DNA of 61,055 nucleotides, filler included. It is 5 parts of 5 records of this genome, joined end to end, with 100 filler letters (N's around TTAATTAATTAA, not from the genome) between each part and the next. Parts side by side here need not be neighbours in the genome. Positions count along the whole stretch, not along the records: positions 38,605 to 49,231 come from SRR31156797_8158; positions 49,332 to 55,567 come from SRR31156797_8193; 3 more parts are not named here. One strand, given 5' to 3'. The translations under genes and the position numbers were made by a program. Positions 38,623 through 49,496 of this stretch are shown in pieces. Positions within the stretch are counted from its first letter, which is position 1. Each line of letters opens with the position of its first letter. Under the pieces are notes generated by a model that saw nothing but the letters and a program-made list of their open reading frames with translations, was not told where the DNA came from and did no database searches.

Positions 38623-39378
38623 TCCGGAAGAACCATTATTGTCCATAACCGAGGCAGTTTTATTCACGGTAACAAACCATTCTACGCTCTACGTGGATAC
38701 AATAGGTCCGAACTCGAAGGAAAGCAGATAATACCGTTTGTCATCGCGAGTGAGTGTATAAGGGACGTAAATAAACGAATTGAAAAAAGTGACCTTACTC
38801 CCTATGAAACAACAGGCCGCAAGAAAAATGGGGAGACATTTCCAATCGAAATACGGATCAGAGAGATGAAATATGATGGTAAAGATGTACGAGTAGCCGC
38901 AATCCGTGACCTCACCGGAAGACAACGTGTAGAACATCGGCTTGCTCAATCTCAAAAGCTTGAAGCTATCGGGACCCTGGCCGGAGGCATAGCCCACGAC
39001 TTTAACAATATCCTCTCTGCAATAATAGGTTACTGCGAACTCGCTCTACTTAAAGCAAATATTGACAAAAAAACAGAACGCTACCTTAAGGAGACGCTTA
39101 AGGCGGGTAACCGAGCAAAAGATTTAGTACAGCAGATACTCACGTTTGCCAAGAAATCAGGAGGTGAGAAAGAACCTGTCCAGGTATCACTTGTTATCGA
39201 TGAAGTTTTCAAATTATTACGTGCATCCCTCCCCACATCCATCAATATCGTACAACATCTCCATTCCAACGGAAAAGTACTCAGTGATACTACAAAGATT
39301 CACCAGGTGCTGATGAATTTAATTAAGTTGCAGGTCATGTCTTCATTTATACTTATATTCCATAATTTAACAGGTTAA
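38623..39378 (+). pseudogene. Truncated PAS-HisKA sensor histidine kinase
   Basis: PAS frame open from 38623 with no start codon before 38866; 'AGGIAHDFNN' H-box; sequence diverges after the N-box 'IHQVLMNL', so the G-boxes are absent. Confidence 0.75.
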
Positions 39379-39397
39379 CTGTTTATTGGCTGTTCTG

Positions 39398-40189
39398 TTA
39401 TCGCCAGCGCAGGAGCCACCTTTCAAGCAGCCCGATTACGCCATGCACCGACAACCCTAAAATCATCAGTATCACTACTCCCGCCATAAGCCGGTCGAGC
39501 TGAAACAGGTTTTGCTGCTCCATGATATAAGCCCCTATGCCATACTCGGCGCTTACCATTTCAGCTGCCACCAACAGAATAATCCCGATGGAAGCTGATA
39601 TACGAAAAGCTGACAAAATTGAAGGCAGGGTACCAGGAAGGATAATGTTCCAAATGACAGTTGTTTTTTTAAGATTAAAACTCTGGCCCATCCGAATCAG
39701 GTTTTTTTGAATATTGTCAACTCCACCAAAGGTGTTGATCACTGTTGGGAAAAAGGTACCAAAGGCAATGGTTGCATACTTAGAGCCCTCCCCTATTCCA
39801 AACCAAATGATAAAAAGCGGTAGAAGTGCAATTTTCGGTATTGCTGAAACAGCTGCCACCCATGGAATACCGACAGAACGCGCAATGGTAGCGATGCCGA
39901 TGCTAAAGCCCGTTATTATTCCGACAGAAACCCCTAAACTCCAACCTACAGCCAGCCGTGAGAGAGATGCGGCCACGTGTTTATGGAGCTGTCCTGAGTT
40001 ATAAAGTTCTACCAGGGCCGTACCAATAGCAGAGGGGGCGGGAAACGATAAAGGACCGACCACCCCTGTTCTGCATAAAATTTCCAACAAGCCGATCAGC
40101 CCAACCATACTTACTACAGCTATACTTATTACCAACCGTGGATTAAAGCTCCCAGCACGATAGGGAACGATTGTTTTATCAGTTCCCAC
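39398..40189 (-). CDS. ABC transporter permease (SsuC/TauC/NitT family)
   Basis: 'PKIALLPLFIIWFGIGE.SK', 'LVAAEM'; GTG start overlapping the ATPase stop. Confidence 0.9.
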   Translation of the reverse strand: MGTDKTIVPYRAGSFNPRLVISIAVVSMVGLIGLLEILCRTGVVGPLSFPAPSAIGTALVELYNSGQLHKHVAASLSRLAVGWSLGVSVGIITGFSIGIATIARSVGIPWVAAVSAIPKIALLPLFIIWFGIGEGSKYATIAFGTFFPTVINTFGGVDNIQKNLIRMGQSFNLKKTTVIWNIILPGTLPSILSAFRISASIGIILLVAAEMVSAEYGIGAYIMEQQNLFQLDRLMAGVVILMILGLSVHGVIGLLERWLLRWR

Positions 40190-40949
40190 GAGACAACTCC
40201 TGATCAGCGGCAATGGCCTCTAGTTTAATAAGCTCCCACAACCTGGCTTGATAAACCTTGAGTTCGGCACTGCGGGCAAGTCGCTCTTGGACGGGTAGAG
40301 GAACATGCACGATCTCTCTTATACGACCAGGCCTACGGCTGAGGGCCACGACCCTATCGGCCAGACGGACAGCTTCATCGAGGTTATGGGTCACATAAAT
40401 TGCGGAGATATTTAACTGGTTAAACAGATCGGCAAACTCCTCTATAAGTATGGAACGGGTCTGCGCATCCAAAGCTGACAACGGTTCATCCATCAAAAGT
40501 ACTGCCGGGCGAACTGCCAAGGCTCTTGCTATTCCAACCCGCTGACACATCCCTCCAGAGAGTTGCCTTGGAAAGGCTTTAGCAAAATCAGTCAATCCGG
40601 TTCTATGCAGTACCGAAGCAATACGCTGGTCCCTTTCCTTTTTGGATAATTTATGATCCTGGAGTACAATCTTTATGTTGCCTTCCACTGTTCGCCAGGG
40701 AAGCAGTGCAAAATCCTGAAATACATAGGTCAATGGATTTAGACAGCCTTCAGGTGGATCACCTTGACAGTAAACAGTTCCTTCACCTGGTTGCAACAAC
40801 CCTCCAGCAATAGACAGCAACGTCGATTTACCACATCCTGAAGGACCGACAATAGCGACAACTTCACCATCCTCCACAAAAAAGTTAACTTTTTCAACCG
40901 CGGTAACGGCCCCGTACTGGTGGGTTATATCAACAAGCTCCAAACGCAT
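40179..40949 (-). CDS. ABC transporter ATPase (SsuB/TauB family)
   Basis: 'GPSGCGKS', 'LLPWRTV', 'LSGGM', 'DEP', 'VTH'. Confidence 0.93.
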   Translation of the reverse strand: MRLELVDITHQYGAVTAVEKVNFFVEDGEVVAIVGPSGCGKSTLLSIAGGLLQPGEGTVYCQGDPPEGCLNPLTYVFQDFALLPWRTVEGNIKIVLQDHKLSKKERDQRIASVLHRTGLTDFAKAFPRQLSGGMCQRVGIARALAVRPAVLLMDEPLSALDAQTRSILIEEFADLFNQLNISAIYVTHNLDEAVRLADRVVALSRRPGRIREIVHVPLPVQERLARSAELKVYQARLWELIKLEAIAADQELSRGN

Positions 40950-40951
40950 GG

Positions 40952-41959
40952 TTAAGGCAAAGTGAGCGGCTTGATAAAACTGTTATCGACAATTTGCGAT
41001 GGGTCTGCATTTGTATCCACCAACCCTTGTTTCTGGTACCAGGCAATCTGGTTGTAGACATCCACCACATCCAGACGACCATCTTTTTCGATATACATCG
41101 CCCCGTTCTTTATTTTAGACAAAGCTTTTTCAGCAGGCTGGTCTTTATAAACATACTTGTGGATCAAATTGAGGATTTCTTCCTGATTATCATCACTATC
41201 AATAAATGCGGCACGATAGTCAGCGATTCCCTTTTGGTAGGCTTTGACGAATTTTTCTACAACATCACGCCTTTCAGCTACGTTTTGGGTGGAGGTAAAA
41301 AGACCGCCGACCTGATAGGGTGCAAAATCAGCAACCCACCCTATTATCTTTGCTCCCCCAGCTTCGGCCAATGGTTTTGCAATATGCGGCACCATAATCA
41401 TGGAATCAACCTGGCCCGATTTAAGAGCACCTATCATATTACCAACTGACTGCAGCGGTTTGAGCTTCAAGTCCTGCAGGTCAAAACCTGCACCTTCTGC
41501 TACTCTTCCTATCATGTAATGAAAAGAGGAACCAACCTGTGACATAGCAAAACTATGACCAGGAAGTTTATCTACAGATGTTACACCGTCAGCAAAAGCT
41601 TTGTTAGATACCAGAATAGCTGACCCAGGATACCCTTTGACTTCGTGGAGTTGAGCTCCTATCACCTTAAGTGCGCCCTTTGCAGCGAGATTGTAGAAAC
41701 CAGCGGTAAAGGCAGTCACGCCAAAATCAGCATCCTTAGAAGCAATCGAAACTGCTACCGGCTGTGCTGAACGGAAAAATTTCAAATCAACGTCCAGCCC
41801 CTGCTCTTCAAAATACCCTTTTTCATAGGCTATAAAAAGTGGAGAAGAGGAGACAAAGGTCAGTGCTGCAACTGTAACCTTCTCTTTTGCATAGCCGACA
41901 GTGGTGACTGAAATCAAAACGGTTAAGAATATACCCAAAAGGGTAAAATGTCTTTTCAT
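40952..41959 (-). CDS. ABC substrate-binding protein (SsuA/NMT1-THI5 family)
   Basis: Signal peptide; 'PLFIAYEKGYFEEQGLDV'. Confidence 0.88.
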   Translation of the reverse strand: MKRHFTLLGIFLTVLISVTTVGYAKEKVTVAALTFVSSSPLFIAYEKGYFEEQGLDVDLKFFRSAQPVAVSIASKDADFGVTAFTAGFYNLAAKGALKVIGAQLHEVKGYPGSAILVSNKAFADGVTSVDKLPGHSFAMSQVGSSFHYMIGRVAEGAGFDLQDLKLKPLQSVGNMIGALKSGQVDSMIMVPHIAKPLAEAGGAKIIGWVADFAPYQVGGLFTSTQNVAERRDVVEKFVKAYQKGIADYRAAFIDSDDNQEEILNLIHKYVYKDQPAEKALSKIKNGAMYIEKDGRLDVVDVYNQIAWYQKQGLVDTNADPSQIVDNSFIKPLTLP

Positions 41960-42327
41960 AGAAATGGACCTCCATAATCCTCTGTTATTAAACCCTGCCG
42001 TAACATCTCTGCCTTGTAAAAAAAATGTTTTGTCGTAATCATTATTTTGTTGAGATATTACCTATCAACTGTAAACCGGCACGATAGTATACCAGGACAA
42101 AATAGAGAATTAAAAAAACAAAAGAAAAAACGGACAAGAGACCCGCAGTATCGGTTTAGGAAGATTGACTGAAAAACTTACAACACAAACTTTTGTATAT
42201 TTGATTGATATCCGTTGCTTGGTCAATAAAGAGAGATTGACTTCTCTTGAAAAAGGTATACGGTGGTTGCCGAACTTTTGATATCTCCTATAATAAAGGA
42301 TACCTAACGTTGACTAGTCACCAGAAC

Positions 42328-43506
42328 ATGCAAAGCAGAAAAGGAGCACTAGCCTTTCTCGCTTTGATCAGCGCTTTTCCTCCTCTCTCTACAGTACTTT
42401 ACCTCCCGGCACTGCCACGGATGGTAGAGGTTCTTAATACAACTCAGAGCAGCGTAAACCTGACGCTGAGCATGTTTTTTTTGTTTTTCTCTGTCGGGTT
42501 ATTGTTTTGGGGACCACTGAGTGAAAAATTTGGTAGAAAGCCCATTCTACTAGCAGGAATGACGATATATGTACTTGCGAGTCTCTTTTGTGCATTCAGC
42601 CTGCATGTGGAACAGCTTATCGCTGGCCGTATCATCCAGGCACTAGGAGGAAGTGCGGGAACAGTGGTAGCTACCGCCATGGTCAAGGATCTTTATAGCG
42701 GTCGTGAACGAGAAAAGGTCATGGCCACTATCATGTCCATGGTTATTATTGCCCCCATGGTCGCACCTGTTCTTGGTGCATTCTTGTTGAAGTACACTTC
42801 ATGGCGGACCATTTTTCTTATGCTGGCCGCCATCGGGATGATAGCCCTGTTCAGGGGTATGCTTTTTCACGAAACCCTGTCCGAAAAATTTACAGGCTCG
42901 GTAATAGGTTCCTGGTCTCGACTCCTGGTAGTCTTAAAAAACCTTGGATTTTCATCCCTGTTGGTGATCTTCTCCCTGGCTCCCATTGCTCTCATGGCCT
43001 TTCTTGCCTCGGCTTCTTATATCTATATCGATGAGTTTGGCCTTACAGAAGGACAGTTTAGTCTCTTTTTTTCATTTAATGCCACGTGCGCAATGATCGG
43101 CCCAACGCTCTATATGCGTATAAGAAGATATATTGGATCAAAAACGATCATTACAGGTTGCTTTACTCTGGTAGCTGTTTGTGGAGTAGTTGTTTCCGTC
43201 TTTGGCCATATATCGCCTTGGCTGCTTGCCTTGTCAGTCGGACCTGTCACGATGGCAGTAATCACAGTGCGGGTTCCAGGAACCCATTTGATGCTGGAGC
43301 AGCAGGAAGAGGATTCAGGGTCCGCATCGGCGCTTATTAATTTCTTTGCAATGTTCATGGGAAGCATGGGAATGCAGCTGGTGACACTTTGGCCTGGTAC
43401 CCTAGTTACGAATCTCGGTCATATTCAAATTGGGGTAGGCATGATCTGTGGCACATTGTGGTTATTGTGCCGTAACAGGTCGTTTATTATCCAGCCTCCA
43501 TCCTGA
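42328..43506 (+). CDS. MFS drug efflux transporter, Bcr/CflA family
   Basis: 'YLPALP', 'GPLSEKFGRKP', 'GRIIQALG', 'APVLG'; start MQSRKG. Confidence 0.9.
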   Translation: MQSRKGALAFLALISAFPPLSTVLYLPALPRMVEVLNTTQSSVNLTLSMFFLFFSVGLLFWGPLSEKFGRKPILLAGMTIYVLASLFCAFSLHVEQLIAGRIIQALGGSAGTVVATAMVKDLYSGREREKVMATIMSMVIIAPMVAPVLGAFLLKYTSWRTIFLMLAAIGMIALFRGMLFHETLSEKFTGSVIGSWSRLLVVLKNLGFSSLLVIFSLAPIALMAFLASASYIYIDEFGLTEGQFSLFFSFNATCAMIGPTLYMRIRRYIGSKTIITGCFTLVAVCGVVVSVFGHISPWLLALSVGPVTMAVITVRVPGTHLMLEQQEEDSGSASALINFFAMFMGSMGMQLVTLWPGTLVTNLGHIQIGVGMICGTLWLLCRNRSFIIQPPS

Positions 43507-43660
43507 GCATCGAGGCATGATCGATTCATGCAGAAAAATGAAAGGCATGACTGAAAAAGTGCCAGACTACTGGCACAGGACATCAACCGAAGAGTGTATT
43601 ACAATAGGTTCCTAGGCAATTACCGAGTTTTTTTAATCAGCACACCTGATTATTTAAATA

Positions 43661-46456
43661 TCAGTTGTCAACTTCAGCGCTATCCAGTGAAAGGGTATCG
43701 CTGATTCTTAATAGTACTTTTTCACTGTCATACTCATCAAATTTTTCTCTTGCATTTAGTACGTCTAAGTTTCGTTTGCCATTATGAATTTTAAGGATGC
43801 CACCAAGTTTACGGAAGCGAACATAGAAGACCCCGTCCCTTTGATCAGGGGTGATAACACCTTTGACACCAACATCTATTTTATCACTGGCCGCATAGGC
43901 ATAGGGTATAACGATACGACTCTTGGCCATATTGACGACTGTTTCACCGTTAACATCATCAATGGTCAGTGCCTTCTCAAGCCAGCCGTGTTTACCACGC
44001 TGGTTTGCTATTAACGCAACGATGGGTTTAGAGTCTGTCATATGTAAATCGGCTTCAAGCTGCAAATCAACAGGTCGTTTCCACATAGCGCGTGCTTTTT
44101 TCAACTGAAAGCGTGCTGACCAGTTTTCATCATCATGGCTTTCTTCTTTTCCCACCACCTTTACCCGGTCCAGGGTGATAGTTGATCCGGAAATATCAAA
44201 GTCCATATTTTCCGGCACCCCGTCAACCAGGGTAATATCGGTTGTTATTTCACCCTCGACTTTCTGTTGGTCTACGCTGGCTGACAGACCATCGGTCTGC
44301 AGCTGCACATGCCCCCGGGCTGTGTCAGGGGTCAGCTTGATATCGGCGAATATAGCAGCCGTCCCCCCAGTGAATTCCATTGGCGCATTTTCAGGTAGAT
44401 AATGGTTATAAACTGCCATGTCACGTACCGTTGCTGAGGGGACCTGAAGATGCAGATCCATGTCTCGGCCTTTTCCGTCAAACGAAACACCTCGTATTAA
44501 TGCCTGCAATGTTATATCAACATTTTCGACAAATGCCTCTTTCTCATCCTTACGCCCCATGACACCATCCTTCAGCGCAATGCGTAGTGATACATCCGGG
44601 TTTTCACCGCCTTTCTCTACCTGCAAGGTAACCTTACCATCACCATCTGCAGCATAGTCAAGGACCTCAACACCCAGTCTCTGCGGATGTACCTCCAATT
44701 TTGTTCCAGGAGCGGGCCAACCTTTCTTCAGGATAACATTGGTTGAAACCTCACCTGAGCCGGTAATGGCAACACCAAGACGATTCCTTAACAGCACGTT
44801 GAGCCATGATAAATCGGAAATAGAGGCATTGATTTGTATTTCTTCATCATCGGATTCAATCATGGTGGTAATTTCTTTACCTTTCAGCCCTTGGTAGAGC
44901 TGCCTGAATTTAGAACCGGTAGATATATCTTTGGGGAGCAACAGCTTGAGTTTACCTTGTTCGATATCTACACGAGAATACCAGGATTCCGAGCTCTGAC
45001 CATTGTCAGTGCTCAATTTTGCACCATGCAGATATACATAAGTTCCAGAAATATCAATACCAGAGGTAAGGGTAGTACTGTCAACCTTGAGCGCCATATC
45101 AAGATTGGATGTAAACCGATACTCATTAATGCCGATTTCAGCTGCGTCTGAACCTAGTTTCAAAACCCCGCTTAGACCATCATTTGCCGTCAGCTCAACA
45201 TTACCCTGTAAATACCCAGCACCTCCGTGCAGCTTAACTGGCCACTTACCCGGAACAAAAAGTTGATATGCACTGAGATCCGGAACATTTACACTGGGGA
45301 TTGCCACGGCCAATCGTTTTGTTTGAAATGGTTTGTCAGGGTCAGAGAGGATGGAACGATTTCCTTGGGCTTTAAGTGTCAATCCATCACCGCTGAACAA
45401 TACTACATCCCGGTTACCACCAGCGAAGGCGTCAAGGTTCGCAAAGGTCACTGAAACATCTGTGCTGTCCTCCTGGTCAACAGTTTTAATACTTATATTT
45501 CCATCTCCTTCCACATGGAGATCAAAAAAATCAAGTGATAGCTTTCGTGCGCTCACCTTAATATCGGTATCGTCAAGCAATTCGCCCTGCTCCACGTGTA
45601 ATCGTCCCTGGAGGAAGCCTGCGCCATCAACCTGAATTCCCTCAAAATTCTTAAGGTAAAAGTTGAGGAAGGCCAGACTTTCTGTTTCAGTACCTATTTC
45701 TGCGTCAACGTTGATAAAAGCGAGTGCTTTTAATCCCTTGTTTTCCTTAGGTACAAAAGGCTGGAATTCGACCTCGCCTTTAACCCCCCCCTCGTGTATC
45801 ACTTCATCATCGCCATTAAGGATCAGCGACTGGAGGTTAATATCAACCTTGCCGTTGCTGAGGGAAAACGGGCCGCCCTGTGTTTCAAAGCTAAGGTCGG
45901 TTTGTAATGTTCCCGTTAATAGAGCCTTCATGTTGTAGAGCCATAGCTCATGCCTGCCCGTAGCTTGAATATCACCAATTTTGATATGCCAAGCGCTTTT
46001 ACCTTTTTTTGACACTTGACTCTCAACTGGATGCAATTCTAGGGTTCTGTCTTTTATGGTAGGAAAATGGGAGCGAATATTGCTGAAATCCTTTTCTGGT
46101 TTAAGTCGTGGTCGCTGATAATACGTAACATCCTGTGCCGCTATATTGTTTAGCCGCACGGAATGCCATAGAAGGGGTGCTATGGAAATTGACGCACTTG
46201 CTGCAGGCGATTCGACTTGCCACTGCTGGGAGCGGGATTGCCCGTTTGCAAAAATGCTTTGGGCAAAGACACGAAACGGGTAAGGTGACCAGGCACCAGA
46301 CCATGTGACAGTAAATTTTTCGGGTTTAATTTGGTTAACTATGGACTGCGTTAAAGGCAGATTCAAGGCAACATTGATCAGGACAAGGTAGACAAGCTCG
46401 ATTATAATTAAAGTTTTAACAAAACGAATTATCCATTTTTTCATCACCAACCCCAT
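43661..46456 (-). CDS. Large N-anchored beta-rich protein, AsmA/TamB-like
   Basis: One N-terminal TM then ~900 aa of alternating beta strands. Confidence 0.55.
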   Translation of the reverse strand: MGLVMKKWIIRFVKTLIIIELVYLVLINVALNLPLTQSIVNQIKPEKFTVTWSGAWSPYPFRVFAQSIFANGQSRSQQWQVESPAASASISIAPLLWHSVRLNNIAAQDVTYYQRPRLKPEKDFSNIRSHFPTIKDRTLELHPVESQVSKKGKSAWHIKIGDIQATGRHELWLYNMKALLTGTLQTDLSFETQGGPFSLSNGKVDINLQSLILNGDDEVIHEGGVKGEVEFQPFVPKENKGLKALAFINVDAEIGTETESLAFLNFYLKNFEGIQVDGAGFLQGRLHVEQGELLDDTDIKVSARKLSLDFFDLHVEGDGNISIKTVDQEDSTDVSVTFANLDAFAGGNRDVVLFSGDGLTLKAQGNRSILSDPDKPFQTKRLAVAIPSVNVPDLSAYQLFVPGKWPVKLHGGAGYLQGNVELTANDGLSGVLKLGSDAAEIGINEYRFTSNLDMALKVDSTTLTSGIDISGTYVYLHGAKLSTDNGQSSESWYSRVDIEQGKLKLLLPKDISTGSKFRQLYQGLKGKEITTMIESDDEEIQINASISDLSWLNVLLRNRLGVAITGSGEVSTNVILKKGWPAPGTKLEVHPQRLGVEVLDYAADGDGKVTLQVEKGGENPDVSLRIALKDGVMGRKDEKEAFVENVDITLQALIRGVSFDGKGRDMDLHLQVPSATVRDMAVYNHYLPENAPMEFTGGTAAIFADIKLTPDTARGHVQLQTDGLSASVDQQKVEGEITTDITLVDGVPENMDFDISGSTITLDRVKVVGKEESHDDENWSARFQLKKARAMWKRPVDLQLEADLHMTDSKPIVALIANQRGKHGWLEKALTIDDVNGETVVNMAKSRIVIPYAYAASDKIDVGVKGVITPDQRDGVFYVRFRKLGGILKIHNGKRNLDVLNAREKFDEYDSEKVLLRISDTLSLDSAEVDN

Positions 46457-46656
46457 GTCATTTCATAAACTGCACGATTCTCATTAGTTATAAACAAGAG
46501 TATCGCCTAAACTCCCATTGCTGTTTGTAAATGATAATGCATTTTCAAAAATTATGCTGAATTCGTTACCATAATCCATCAGGCCGAATTATAATATATA
46601 AGAAAGAAAAAAATTAAAACGGCAAGCGACGCAGTATATCTTTCTGGGAGGCTCTT

Positions 46657-46860
46657 ATGCGCAAGAAAGTGAAACAATGGCTCGACCTCGTTTTATTCAT
46701 GGGCAAACCTGAGGACTCTTCTGCAGGTCATGTCTGTCATGATTACAAGGAAGAAATGCCACAGGTTGTCAACCCTAGATTGGTAGGGGTCATCAAAATA
46801 TTGCTTTTGCTGGCAGTTACACTCTTAATCATCTGGCAAGTTCTCAAGCTGCTTACTTAA
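46657..46860 (+). CDS. Small membrane protein
   Basis: GGAGG SD; C-terminal TM helix. Confidence 0.6.
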   Translation: MRKKVKQWLDLVLFMGKPEDSSAGHVCHDYKEEMPQVVNPRLVGVIKILLLLAVTLLIIWQVLKLLT

Positions 46861-47724
46861 CAAGCACGAAACATAAGGGGGCTGGCGCTCCATTATATCT
46901 TATTAATGGAGCATTAATTTGAACCTTGCCAAGTTTTAATATAGTGGCACACTTTGTATTGGCGAAGCCAATCGACACTGTAGGGTCGCAGTAAATCGCC
47001 CAAACCTGACACAGACTCGTTTTTTTCGAGAATAACAGATTTCCCCGTCTGTCCTATCTACTTCAACCTGGATTCCATATCTATTCATTCTTTCCTTAGA
47101 AAAGAACACTATATTTATCTTTAAAAAGGTATTTCATTTTTCCGGTGGTGAAAAATAGGGAGCATACCGGTATACAAATAAAGACTGCAGTTATCTTACC
47201 CGGCTCAACAATTAGTGACCCTTGAGGGATGCTTATTGATTAATGGATGGGGTTGACACCTCCCTTGTTATTACTGATGTTATGTAGAGGGAATAAATAA
47301 CGACTAGTTGGTCGAGATGATGAATCGTGATTTCAAGAGACTTTGAAGGGTGATCGGGTGTATTGATGAAGATGAGACTTGTAGGGCTCTTCCTAGTCCT
47401 TTGCAGTGCTATTTTCTCTATTTCAATAATTGTTTGGATATGCAGATTTATAGCAGGATTTTTTTAACACAATATGTCGAGGCCCAAATTAACTACCCTC
47501 AAGATAAAGGATCAATAGCAAAAAAAATTGACCACATCGCCCTTTTACTCATTAGCAGAACAGATAGCATGAAGAACCGACAGTCACGATGCTAAGTTTC
47601 TTATTAGGCTAAGAGACTGGCAAAAGACAAGGTCGCCAGATAAAGTTACCCAAATTTCGACATTCGCATGCTCGTTTGAGAACAACCAGGGCCAACCCAC
47701 GCTTGTTTCAAACCTTGCCTACAT

Positions 47725-47943
47725 TTAAAAATTTTTCATTGCCCAGTCAGATAGTTCAGCAAGAGGCTTTGGGAAACCAAGTGAATAAACAAATCGGTTT
47801 TCAGAATCTTCAAAAACAGTTTCGCTCACTCCTAGAAGAACAAAGCCATCTTGCAACAAGGTGTCTGCATCTCCGACATAAGATGTTTCAACTATTTTAG
47901 TTATCTGTAAAAGGATATCTTGAGACTTTAGTGTATTTTCCAT
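47725..47943 (-). CDS. Small hypothetical protein
   Basis: MENTLKSQ... preceded by GGAG; protein-like composition. Confidence 0.55.
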   Translation of the reverse strand: MENTLKSQDILLQITKIVETSYVGDADTLLQDGFVLLGVSETVFEDSENRFVYSLGFPKPLAELSDWAMKNF

Positions 47944-48665
47944 TTTCCCATCTCCAAACGACCACCAACCAGCCAAAGGTCGCAGTTTACTTTCCACTCT
48001 TATCCATATTTAATTAGGGAGCGACTCATTACACTTATTTTTAATTTGTGACGAAAGATTTTATTGCAAAATGTAAAAAAATCAAATGAAATAGGGAAAG
48101 GTCATTTTTTAACTCTTCTTGTGTTGCTGTGGACAGGGCACCAATACCGCTTTATCCAACTGCCTTACGTACTGGAGAAAGCGGTGATCATCAGGTTATA
48201 TATTCCACAAAATACTATGAGATATATTATCCTAGCCCTTCAAACAACCGCATTTGTAGTTTTCGTTTTTATGGTCACACTAGAGGCGGGAAGCTATAGC
48301 AGCAAAACATGATTTGTGGGTGGAAATATTTCCTTACTTACTGGTTCATTCATTATAATTCCAAATAATAACATTACTAAAGTTTACACAAGACAAATTC
48401 CACTATTTCTAAAAATACAATCAGTAAGTAAAAATTATTAATGTGTCCACCTGCACTACAACAATATTTATAAAAATTTATGACCGGATAAAACATCAAT
48501 AGAAAAAAAATAGGCATATCATGTGAAAATAGTTAAAAAGTAAATAAAATACGATCACTCAATAGTAAATTTCGTACAAAACACTTTTAATCAAGAAAAA
48601 TAAAATTTTCATTTAACTCTATGCGGAATTAGTACCCCTTAACCATATCATTAACTCGATAGAAA

Positions 48666-49207
48666 ATGAAAAAAGCAATATTAATAACAGATATACAAAA
48701 TGGCTTATTCGAAGTCTCAGGCAAACCATCCGATCTGGATAATGTAATATCAAATATCAATTCAATAACAGAAGCTGGCTGCAAGAAAAAATACCTATCA
48801 TCTTTATCCAGCACGAGACAAAAGAAAAAAATTTAAGCTACAAATCGAAAGGTTGGCAATTGCTGGGTGACCTAACGGTAAACCCTGAGGATCACATCGT
48901 AAGAAGAACTACACCGAACTCATTCCTTCGAACTGATCTATCAGGAATTCTGGAAAAACAAAAAATCAGGAATCTAATAATTTGCGGGTATGCAACAGAA
49001 TTCTGTGTTGATTCTACCATTAGAGCTGCGGCAGCTCTTGGATATAATATTGAAATAGCATCTGATGGCCATACAACGCATGACAAAAAACATGCTTCTG
49101 CCGAACAGATCAGGATGCACCATAATGAAACATTGCCTAACATCAAAAGCTTCGGAGTGACAATAAAAGCAATAAAAACTAAAGAGGTTATAAAAAACAT
49201 GAGCTAA
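48666..49207 (+). pseudogene. Isochorismatase-family cysteine hydrolase with 1-nt frameshift
   Basis: MKKAILITDIQNG... from 48666 must shift frame at A6 (48786-48791) to join IPIIFIQH... and 'GYATEFCVDST'. Confidence 0.85.
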
Positions 49208-49331
49208 CTGTAACGTCCCGAGTGATTATCTNNNNNNNNNNNNNNNNNNNNNNNNNNNNNNNNNNNNNNNNNNNNTTAATTAATTAANNNNNNNNNNNNN
49301 NNNNNNNNNNNNNNNNNNNNNNNNNNNNNNN

Positions 49332-49494
49332 AATAGCAGCGTTTCGGGGAGATAATCGCCCCTTCCTTTTTGAGTTCGGCGACTATTTTCGATACTGCCT
49401 TGCTTTCCATGCCCAGTTCCTTGGCCACGTCTCCGGGACGCACCGGCTTGCCGGCTTTTTTCATGCTTTCCAGAACTTTTTCCTTGTCTCCCAT
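49332..49494 (-). CDS. Small winged-helix DNA-binding protein (3' truncated)
   Basis: 'PVRPGDVAKELG....VSKIVAELKKEG.I.SPKRCY'. Confidence 0.8.
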
Positions 49495-49496
49495 TT

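Noticed and set aside
46944-46960. TGGCAC sigma54-like sites here and at ~42077
   Set aside because: The -12 GC is absent at the required GG-N10-GC spacing.
47350-48312. Short ORFs 47350-47595, 47676-47900 and 48064-48312
   Set aside because: No convincing RBS or family signal. The region looks like decayed sequence with multiple stops on the opposite strand.
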